From Takakia lepidozioides (Eukaryota; Plantae; Bryophyta), in NCBI GenBank assembly GCA_030704615.1, contig CM060732.1, positions 82,832,001 through 82,896,000 of the forward strand: a DNA stretch of 64,000 nt, given 5' to 3'. Numbering within the stretch: the stretch's first letter is position 1; each line of letters opens with the position of its first letter. This document shows, piece after piece, positions 48,790 through 59,724 of the stretch. Made by a program: the position numbers and the translations under genes. The notes beneath the pieces are model-generated. The model saw nothing but the letters and a program-made list of their open reading frames with translations. It did not search any database and was not told the DNA's origin.

Positions 48790-51046
48790 GCCTCAGAGTC
48801 CCAGTGTATTCACCCTTCAATCACTCGTTAGGACCTTGACCTTCTTGCCTATTTCTTTGAACAGTAGTTTCACGAAATCTTGGAAGCACCTCAGTGTCTC
48901 AGATTTAGCAGGAATGCAGTATACCACTTTGTACGCAGTTGCGTCGTCCTTGAACAAAACAAAATAACTTTTGTCTCCCACTGACTGGACACTAATGGGA
49001 CCGCACACATCATTGTGCACCAGATCTCCGGGCTTTGCAGCTCTGGTGCAACTTTCTTTCCATGGAAAAGTAGTTTGGATATTCTTACCAAGAACGCACC
49101 CCTCGCAGAATTCGACGTCTCTCCTTTTATTGGTGAGGATAAGTCCCTCAACCATATTCTTCGACTTCATAGTCTGAATCGCCCCACATGGCAAAGTTGC
49201 ATGTGTCAAATGTTCAGATCACGACTCATCTCGGGTTGTGATATGACGCCAAAAATACTAGCGGGGCACGCCGTTTCTCTGGGTATGTCCACCTTGATGT
49301 TCAGCTTATACATATTGCCGCTGATCGTCCCTTCCATCACAGTTCTTCATTTGTATAGCATTAGACATCCATTCTTGGTGTGAAGAGTCTTGACATCGCG
49401 CTTGGCTGCTCTAACTACTGAATTTAGGTTCCTCCTAAGACCGGGTACATAAAGAATCTCTTTCATCACCTTACTCTCCCACACCCCATTGATCTTTACT
49501 AGAATGGAAATGTCTCCCACTCCTTCGACTAAATATTCTTGGCTCCCAATGTCAGTTATAGGGCGCTTGTACGCTAATACATCCTGGTAGGTAGCAAACT
49601 AGTGACGCTGGTCTGTCATGTGCTGAGTAGCACCACTGTCAGCATACCACGTTGTTGGGTCATAGTCTCCTTCCCCTTCACTGGCCATCCACGCACGATA
49701 GCTCTTGTTCTCTGGTTTTTCGTCATCTTTCTCTGCTTTACCCTCTCCGCCATCTTTGTTTTCTGGACATTCTCGACCCCAGTGCCCGGTCTTTCCACAT
49801 TTGAAACAGCGAGTGTTCTTTTGAGCTCAGTGATCTTGGTCATACACTCTTGTCTCTCTCATAACTTAGGTTCGGTTTTTCTCAGAGTCCGCTACTGCCT
49901 TTTGATACACTTCCACTACTTCTCTTGCCCTTGTTCGCCAAGAAGGCTTTTACACCCTCGGCCTCTTTCTCACATCGGATCTTCATCCGATTCTCTTCTC
50001 TTAGGAGTCGTAATTTGAGAGTTTCTAGATTCTTTTCTTCGTCAGGTATACTATCCCAGGCTAATCCTAGGCTGACAAGAAACCATCGAACTTCGCAGGT
50101 AGATGACACATAATCTTGACCATGACATCATTTTGATCGAACCTATTGTGACCCATGCTCTTCAACTGAGTGATAATCACTTGGACACAAGATATGAGCG
50201 CAGACGTCACATCCTCCCCTTCGTCCATCTTAGCTTTGTAAAACTTTCTCAGTCAGATACTAAATATTTTCACTCGCTCGGAGCTCATGAATGGTTAGAA
50301 GATTTTGCCATATCTCAGACGACGTCTCGCACCCTATCAGGTTTTCAAGAATTCTTTTGTCTATCGTTGAACAAAGAATACTGATGGTCTGACTGTCTCT
50401 CTGCCTCCACGCTTCCTCGTTCGTGGACCCTTCGATTGGTTCTTCACCGCTCACTAGACCTATGAGACCCTTGCTACCAAAGATAGCATGTATCTAGTAT
50501 TTCCACGTGACAAAATTGTTTCCATCGAAACGCTCAACGGTACTACCCTCCTTTGGAGCTTCCATCTTGATTGGATGTAGAAAACACTTCTAATAACTTC
50601 AACTTATCCTGATACGCGACTTTAACGCAGAGACTGTAATACCGACACGACAAGAATGTTTAACAGCGGCTTAATATGCGCTTTCTGGGCCCATAACCTA
50701 TTGATTTACATGCTTGTGTCTGATAACTAAACACAGACAGTGTCAATAGTGGACAGACGTAGACATGTACTTAGACAAGCACAAATGCACTCACAGATGT
50801 GCACAATACACAATCAGCAAGCAAACAGCTGAAGATTTGAACATTTACATGATTCATAATTGGTCAACAGACTAGGCTATCCATCATCACCTCATTGCAC
50901 ACCTACGTAGCAGCAAGTTGAGAGTAACGTCTCTCACTACGAAACGATCACAAAAGCAGCCAACCAATAGTCCAAAGAATGGCCATATGTAACATAAAGA
51001 AAACTAACTAGCAACTAACTATCTAAAGAGAAAGTAACATATAACA
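48790..51046 (-). mobile_element. 3'-truncated, degenerate Ty1/Copia LTR retrotransposon (5' LTR, PBS, gag, protease, partial integrase)
   Basis: LTR about 51046-50699 (TGTTATATG...TCAATA), PBS GGTTATGGGCCCAG at 50698-50685 and ATG at 50565 (MEAPKEGSTVERFDGNNFVTWKY*...). Motifs: zinc knuckle CFKCGKTGHWGRECP, protease WYADSGATQHM, CEGCVLGK and integrase LVHNDVCGP...YFVLFKDD...KVLTSD. Stops and frameshifts are present; RT, RNase H and 3' LTR are absent. Confidence 0.93.
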
Positions 51047-52949
51047 GATTATAGTCAGTAGTGCACATTGCTCACTGGTGAACTGACTAATTGATGATAT
51101 CATTCAACAGGGGCGCTTGTTTGGGGGGCGATTGGGAGTGGCCATGGAACCCGGCTCTAACTACCCTGTGCAGGCACTGGAATTTTTTTGGTTCAATCAA
51201 TGAATCTGACAGGAAACGCCACCGTTGCAAGTGGGTCCCAAATTTTGGGCAATTGAAAAATATATATATTATAACGCTGAAAAATCCAAATTTGCATGAT
51301 GGGATGAAATGTGATGGGCCTAGGAATTGGAGGGTTCTATCCCCACGTGATCCTGCTTGATCCAAGCCCAAAACCAACAAATTTGGCCAACAAATGGCTA
51401 TGTCCCACTTGGTCAACGCAACGAGGGTCAAACGGCAACTAACGGCAACATGTAGCAACCAACGCCCACGTGCATGGGATCCCTCTCCTAAGATCTAACT
51501 TACTTTGGATGGAAATCAATAGCATTCTGTAAGGCTGTGGGCCCCACTGTAGGAAAAGACAAAGGTGTCGGTTAGGGATGCCGCAAAATTCGATCTGCCC
51601 TTGTGAAGGGACGTCTTTTTTACGCGCCCCTTTGCAAAGGGAGATTCCGTGGGGGCGCCCCCTTAGGGAATATTCTATTTCGACCAATGGAGGCGATTCA
51701 CCGGGAGGCGCTTGCAGCTGCCCATGGAACCGGGCTCTTGCACACCTGATGTCCGGTCAATTTTCCAAATTTCTGATTTTTCTAACATTTACAAGATTTC
51801 TTGACCTGCGGGGTTTCTCCAAAAGTCAAACTAACCCACTGGGCGCTTAAGGGTAGTTGGGCACGGCTTAAGGGTATCATCTATCCACGATTAGGGTAAG
51901 ACACCTAGGGCTTTGAGAAATTCGTAAGATGACAATTTTGGGGCTGATGAAGGGAGCAGGTAGTTTTTCACCAGTGAAGGGCAGCTGACTTGGCCCTTCC
52001 GTTGTTTTGGACCGTGTGCACTTCAGGAGCACGCATTCGTATAAAATCGGCCCTTGGGCCTTTACTAAAATAATCTATAGTCATAGGCATTATCGTTCAA
52101 GCATAAATAAGAGGAGCTTCCCCTCTAGAACTTAACCCTAAATATCCCAACCCACCTACATTTTAGAATCTGCCTTTTAGAATCTGCCTTTCAGTATCTG
52201 CAGATGCTATCCGATGCGCATGGCAGAGGCTGAACCAGTGTTGTTGGCAATGTAAAGTTAATTAGCGTTATTTCATATTAGCCTTATTTAAGATTTTACA
52301 TGTCAGAGGTTATCGATCAAGCCTATTATTGAAATTGTGAGATGACATATCAATAACAATCAAACATGGATGATAACCTATTGTTGTCAAGTTCTTTCCT
52401 CCCTCTTAAGATTAATACATAATGGAAACTTGTTTGTTTTAGTCCTTCTCAATATCAACATCAATACCACAAAAACCATATTCCAAATCCGGGTCCCAAT
52501 ATTACCATCAATGTACGTTGCGGGTGGGTCCTTATTAATACCATCTACCCACATTGATACGTAGTTACCCATATATATCCTCCAAACGCTTGTACCCACC
52601 TTCAACTCCTCTAAAAGTTCATGTGGCCTGGTATCCCCGCCAAAACACTACTTTGGCAATGTTTTTCAAGTGTTGAAGCTTTTGGACATTGTGGGGCATT
52701 AGCATGGTACCGAGTAGCCACACCTCTCTGATGGTAGGAATTTCTTAAAAAAAAATCTTCAAAAACTAAGGAAAAAAGGCACTTGCTTTGGAGGTTGCTT
52801 GAAGCAATTTTCACACTTTGTACCTATATATCAATTTTGCGAATTCCTAAATTTGCAGTCCGGACTTCCCCCATGGAAAGAGGCTCTAAGGGCATGTTTC
52901 CATTTGTAGGTATGGCTTTATCCAAAAAGAGAATACTGACAGAAACTAG

Positions 52950-53620
52950 CATAAATAAGAGCCGCTTCCTCCCAAACTTAATCATCCATCCATTTCTAAA
53001 TATGTAGAATAATCTATTTTTTCATCTAGGCATCGTTAAATCCCAAGCGAGCCTAAATAAGAGTGAGAACTTAAAGTATCATCCATCCTCATCTAAATAT
53101 GTAATATAATCTATTTTTTCATCTAGGCATCATTAAATCCCAAGCGAGCCTAAATAAGAGTGAGAACTTAAAGTATCATCCATCCTCATCTAAATATGTA
53201 AGATAATCTATTTTTTCATCTAGGCATCCTTCAATCCCAAACGAGCCTAAATAAGAGTGAGAACTTAAAATATCATCCATCCATTCTAAATATGTAGAAT
53301 AATCTATTTTTTCATCTAGCCATCGGAAACGAGCCTAAATAAGAGTGAGAACTTAAAATATCATCCATCCTCATCTAAATATGTAAGATAACCTATTTTG
53401 TCATCTAGGCATTATCGTTCAATCCCAAGCCACTGAGAACGTGTCATCCATCATCATCTAAATATGTAAAATAATCCATTTGGTCATAGGCATTACCGTA
53501 ACTTTAAACCAAAGCCAAGCATGAATAAGATGAGCCACTTCTAAGAGTACATCCATTCATCTCTAAATATGTAGAATAATCTATTTTGTCATCTAGGCAT
53601 TATCCTTCGAACCCAAGCTA
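52950..53620 (+). repeat. Tandem array of about 7 copies of a ~97-bp unit
   Basis: CGAGCCTAAATAAGAGTGAGAACTTAAA(G/A)TATCATCCATCCTCATCTAAATATGTA..ATAATCTATTTTTTCATCTAGGCATC repeats, with TAAATAAGAG at 53054, 53151, 53248 and 53336 and degenerate outer copies. Confidence 0.93.
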
Positions 53621-54232
53621 GATCCGGGCACTTTAGATTCCAGCTCGGGCCTGGATGGAAAAGTTTCTTGTCAAATAAGATCCATCGAAATATTTTATTT
53701 GTGTTCGTCTGCTACTATGGGCAGTGTAGAAAAAACATTTCATAAAATAGACAAAATTATAATTAGGTTGGGAAGGTGGTGGTGCAGGCACCGGGCAAAT
53801 CTCTGCTAGATGGACAATACCGGCATATGTCACAAACTGGCCTGTGTGGTGGCCTCATCTCACTAGCTACTTGCTCAATGCAATCCTTCACTATCGTCAA
53901 TACCCAAATTTTAGCCCCCTCTTTAGTCCACATACATATCGGCCTGGTCTGCCTGTAGAGGTATTTGCACTTGATGATCTCCCTTAGAAGATTATAAGTT
54001 TGTCACTTTCCCATGGGATACTTATAAGTTTTTGCATTTCTTATTGGCTTTGGTGTACTTACTCTGAAGGGGATCCAGTATGCTATCTACTACATTCAGT
54101 TTATCTATTCTAAATCTCCAGATAGATGAATTCAAAGATTTGAAGCTTCATTGTAAGAGTCTTGAATTCAGTTTCAGTTGTTGATGAAAAACAGTACCGA
54201 CCTTTAGCGGCAGCTCTCTGTGACCTACAAAA

Positions 54233-57200
54233 ATGAAGTCGTGCTTTTCTCTGGCCGTCTCCTTAAGCTTTCTGCTATTGTTATCTCTAGCTCATACCAC
54301 TACCTGCATTCGGTTATATGTAGACACCGTATCATCAGAAGGGCGTACTAATGAAGCAGATGTTCCAATTGATAGATCTTCTTTTTTCCCGTGGATCTTT
54401 CCACGACTAGATTCTAGTAGATTCAGAGTAAATACGGGTTTATGGATGCACTTGTTTCGACGACCGGACTCCAAGGTGGAAACAACATTCAATGTCAGAG
54501 ACTATGGAGCTGTAGGTGGTGGCTCGACTGATGATACAGAGGTACACTCCCAGTACACTCATATTATATCCTCTTTCAATAACGTTAAGAATGTAAGTAT
54601 GTTGGGTTCTTGAATCAGACTTTGAAAAACTCAAAGTGTCCATATCCAGCTTGTTAATCTTGCGTAGATGATTTTTAAGTTGTATCTATGTAATGATATG
54701 TCACTGCACAAAAGGTCATGGTTTTCAGCTTATATAAACTGAGGGAGACTTTGAGCTCACTTTGGGTTTACTGTGTATTGTAGGCTTTCAAGCGTACATG
54801 GACTGCTGCATGTAAGGCTGGTTCCACCATGGAGGTTTCCGCAGGCTCTACGTATCTTGTAGATGCAATTACATTCCAAGGTCCTTGCTCCTCAGGTCTC
54901 ATCCTTCAGGTATGCTCAGATGTACAAACTGCAAAACATTGAAAACAATTTATTGCTTAACACCAAATTTTGTTTTCTTAAAAAATCATTGACTCACATT
55001 ATTTGTATTTTTTTAAACTTACATTTATATTCATAGTTACAAATTTTTCAATCATTATTGCCTGCATTATTACGAAATGATGTGGAAGATCAAATTTCAA
55101 AATATGTATAACTTTGAATAACGCATAATTTCTCTATTTTCTTTTTTCTAAATGCAAACACCCAGGACCTAGCTGCTTACCCCTTAATTACAGTGAGATG
55201 AGAAAATAGCCTCTTCCATAGTAGTGTTGTAGTAACTTGGCCATGAGGTGTTAAACTTTGTCCTTTAATATTAGAAAAGTTGGATCCTTCGCTGTGTATA
55301 TTACGATTAATTTTTCACATTTGATTTCAAGAGGACCCACCAGAAAAACAAACAAAACAAAACAAAACACACACACACACACACACCATCAAGTTGAAGC
55401 TAAATTTGTGCTTATTGACTTGATATAGGTTGATGGAAATGTAGTGGCACCACCAAAATCCAGGAGTCATATGACGCTTGATTGGATACTTTTCGACCAA
55501 GTTTCAGTTTCTGTCCAAGGGGCGGGTTCATTTGATGGAAATGGTGGAAGTTGGTGGTCCAAGTCGCAGTCGGGCAACAAACCCACTGTGAGTTTACACA
55601 ATGAAGGTTCACTACATAGCTGTTTAAATTTGGAACAGTATATGGATCACCTTTTATATTTATTCAAAGGCCGATCTTGGATACATCAATGCCTTGATCT
55701 CATATAAACACGATACATCATGGGCAACATAGATCTGAATGATGAAAACATTGAAAATATTAGCATGAAAATAATGATATTTAAGAAGAAATATTTTGCC
55801 TCACAATATTTTTCATATTTAGTTTTATTACTTAATAATTGAATATTATTAATTTTAAACCATTAAAGTATATATGGGAAACTAGGCAGTCTTGCATTTA
55901 ATCATTGAGTCTGAAAGAGTTTATAATAAGGAGTCATTGTATTCTCTATGATCATTCACAGTTGATGAGATTTCGGCAAAGCAACTCAATATCAGTCCAT
56001 GGGATCAGCTTCAAAAATAGTCCTCAAATACATCTCAAGTTCGACACATGCAATGGAGTCAATGTGCAAAACGTCAAAATTACAGCTCCCGGTTCCAGTC
56101 CCAACACAGACGGAATAAGTGTGTCAAAAACTCAAAACGTTGAGTTGGGACCCTCAACTATTGCAACAGGTTGGTACTACTATCCACTCTAAAAGCTCCA
56201 TATCATTGATATATTTATTTAGTTAGTTTTATTGCTATGTAATCTTAGTTAATTTTATGAAATGATAGCAATTAGAAAGGTACTAAATTTATATAGGAGA
56301 ATCTCTACACTGGTCCAATACAATTATTAAGTTATTTTATTTTATTTCTCTTGTCAAGCTTTATTTCAACCACTAGCTAAAAGTGTTGTACAACCATGTT
56401 TGTGTCTTGGAAGGTGATGACTGCATCTCTATTCAAAGTGGCTCTGCTCATCTCAACATTCATGATATTCAATGCGGGCCCGGACATGGGATCAGGTTTT
56501 TTTTTTTTTTTTCACATGTCTTATTGTAGATATTATTTTCACCTATTAGCTTTTTGCAATGGATTTTCATGTGGATTTAACAAGGGCTAAGTTCTACTCC
56601 CATTTCCAGAACCAAATTAAACTTTGAAATTAAATCATTTGAATTTTTACTTTAAAATTACATGTATGTAGCAATACGAAATGACTCCATAACAAAATAA
56701 AAACGTGCGTTTCCTAACTTGGGGTTGCTCTGAAAGAGAGGTTATTTTTTCCTCTCACCGTAATTAAGGGGCCTGATTTGTAAGCTGTCGCTCCCAGGTA
56801 TTTCCTTTTAATAACATTTTTGTTTTAAAAAAATACTTGTGCCAAAATTAAGGTCCAAATGTTGAGACTGTGGTTTTATGCGGGTTGATATTGCAGTATA
56901 GGAGGCCTTGGGAAGGACCATTCATTTGCAAGTGTTTCCGACGTCCGTGTGGATACTGTCACCTTTCAAAACACAGAAAATGGCGTACGCATTAAGACTT
57001 GGCAGGTAAGTTATTAAGTTTATATGCTTGAGCTTACTTCACATCTCATAGCTTCAATTATTCTCTCTAGATGTGATGGATCTACGAGTTGTTATTAGAT
57101 ATTACAAGATTGGAGCAGGGGTGTATTCAGTTTTGTTAGACAAACTTGGCTTACCATATGATTGAAGATTTTATGATGGAGCTTGACTCATGTGAGGGTG

Positions 57201-57952
57201 TTGTTTTGTTCAGGGAGGAGATGGAACGGTGTCAGGAATATCATTCCAGAACATTCATTTGGACAACGCTGCGAATCCTGTTATTATTGACCAATACTAC
57301 TGCAACGGTGCACACAATTGTGGCAACAGTGTATGTACTATGCATTCAAATATCATGTTTCATTTTCTTTATTGTGGTAGAAACATATAGCCAACACTCA
57401 ACTGTAATCAAAATCTAAATTAGTTCAGATGGGTAAAGGTTAGTAAGTTGTGATGTCATGATTCCCATGATGTTTGAATTTACACATCTACAACTAAATA
57501 ATTATTTTCATACAATTCGGGGGAGGAAAAAGACAAATACTCATGTCTGTACTAAGATAGCAAATCTTTGTATAGTCCAATTATACTCAACGAACAAAAA
57601 TAGCCATTACGTTTATAAAAAGTCTTAGGACGTCATACACTTACCTAGTACTATCTTTTATGCGGTACCTCCAACTACTTGGTCTGTATCTATTATTTAA
57701 TTTAAAGTTTTTGTCGTAATGCAGTCTCGGGCAGTTCAAGTAAAGGATATTACATACTCCAATATTTCTGGAACATCGGCGGATAAGGATGCTTTGAAGT
57801 TTCAATGCAGCGACTCTGTTGCATGTACCAATATTCAGCTGTCCGCCATCGACATTTCCTACGACTCAAGCAATGCAGAATCAGTTTGCTGGAATGCGTT
57901 TGGCTCGCATAGTATCGATAGCGTCATGATACCTGCCTCTTGCTTACGTTAG
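54233..57952 (+). CDS. Polygalacturonase (glycoside hydrolase family 28), secreted, ~445 aa
   Basis: Exons 54233-54541, 54784-54909, 55429-55587, 55962-56169, 56414-56495, 56897-57005, 57214-57330 and 57725-57952 join in frame (1338 nt). It has a signal peptide, FNVRDYGAVGGG and all four PG motifs: SPNTDG, GDDC, CGPGHGISIG and RIKTW. Confidence 0.95.
55345..55386 (+). repeat. Compound microsatellite (AAAAC)n(AC)n in polygalacturonase intron 2
   Basis: AAAAACAAAACAAAACAAAACAAAACACACACACACACACACAC is read directly. Confidence 0.9.
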
Positions 57953-58204
57953 AAACTAAACCACACAAAATTTATCGACATCACAACTGCATCATGTGAC
58001 GCAGAGGCCGCTAAGAACAAACATAAGGACGGATGGTCATGTATACATGAGAGAGGGAGGGAGAGAGGGAGGGAGAGAGGACTCCGGCCATAGCCGGCAT
58101 GACTAAGAGCCACCTCACCTTGCTCTATTAAATGCATGATATTTTTTGGGCTATTGTTTTTTTTTGGGCTATTGCCTTCCGGCAGGTAGACACATTTTTT
58201 ACAA

Positions 58205-58280
58205 CAGTTGGTGGATTGAGTCCACAACCACCTTCAAGGTGGTAGGTGCCGATTACCATTGGGCTACATCTTGGTTGTCC
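58205..58280 (-). mobile_element. tRNA-derived SINE-like element, same family as 24866-24940
   Basis: About 70% identity over 70 bp to 24869-24940 by eye. The minus strand has the A-box-like TGTAGCCCAATGGTAA. Confidence 0.55.
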
Positions 58281-58584
58281 ATTGCCATTGCAGCCATATT
58301 CTAGTGTAGGGCAAATGTTGCGTCTACTCTACTAGGGCTACGCGTTGCTCCGCACTCTAGTCACGACTTTTGAGAACAATGTTTTGTTTGATTGAAAAAC
58401 AGATGTAGGAACATTGTAAGAACTTGACATGCATGCAGTTCGACGATATTTTTGTTGGATTCAAGTTGCGTTGGCTCTTGAGGTTGGGTAACACGTGAGC
58501 ACATGGGAATATCTTACATACTCCCAAGATGCCTTAAGAACAAGGGTTTTGCACATTTGTTGGGCTGGTACTAGATGATTAAAC

Positions 58585-59057
58585 CAGTGTTGGTCTGGTA
58601 TGGGTATCAGACCTTAGTATCAACGCTGGTATTAACCCTGGTATCACAGACCAGACCAGCCTGGTCTTAAGTTCTACAATACCAGGTCATATACCAAACC
58701 AGGCTGGTATCCATATTCTCATACCAGCCACAATACCAATACCCCCTGCCGTCTTCCTCATTTACTCTGGTATGTGTATTATGCTAGTTTATGTGGACAT
58801 ACATATATTTACTTATATTTATTTTATGTTTATTGTACTTGTTTTTACTTGATATTTGATAAACTTGCAAGGCAACTGGCTTTTGAATGATACCAGAATT
58901 GATATCCCATACCAGCTGGTATTGTAGTCATGATATTATACTCATACCAGTATCTGGAGAAAAGTACATCCACCATCATATAGACCAGACTGGTATGAAA
59001 GTTTTGTGATTGGGTTGGCACCAGGTATGTTAAAAACCTGACACCATACCAACACTG
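58585..59057. mobile_element. hAT-type MITE, 473 bp
   Basis: TIRs CAGTGTTGGT(C/A)TGGT, a perfect 8-bp TSD GATTAAAC at 58577-58584 and 59058-59065, and many subterminal TGGTAT/ATACCA motifs. Confidence 0.92.
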
Positions 59058-59724
59058 GATTAAACCACAATGTCATGAACATCAGCGAGTCGCCCGATGA
59101 AGGAAATCTCGGCCATCAAATCCTTGCTGTTTCTCTACGCAGGGTGATGCCTACACGTAAATTATGTATTAGGTACGCGATTCAAGATTCCATAGCCCCC
59201 AGGGGGGAAGGGTGTGGGAATATTGTAGTGGGAAGAGGGCCCGTATATATGCCAGAGGACAGTCCTTTGACGAGCTCCGGTGACCGTGCTGGTAGGTAGG
59301 CTCCCACGCACGTGTTCAACTCCCATCCTATGTCTAATGTGTTCCCGAGTCATGCACTACCTATATCCCATCTAGTCGTTTTTAATTATTTATTATTTAT
59401 CATCCTCCAACAAACGGTTCACTCACAAATCACGCCCGGGGGAGAAGATTATAGACAAGGTAGCAGGATTTGAACCCAGGCACGCTGACCTACATATCAA
59501 ATAACATATAGGATTATTATTATTATTATTATTTACAATCCAAACCTAACATAGTAAGCATAAGTATTGCACGTGACGGCTATAGAGATATGATCTCAAG
59601 GGTGGGCGGGTTCGAATCTCGCCGGCCCAACACAATGGGCATCATGGCAGCTCATGAGGAGGATCTGAGAGAATAACGCAGGCTGTCGGAGGGAGAGTGG
59701 AGAACCTGGAGCGTCGGCGTCGCC

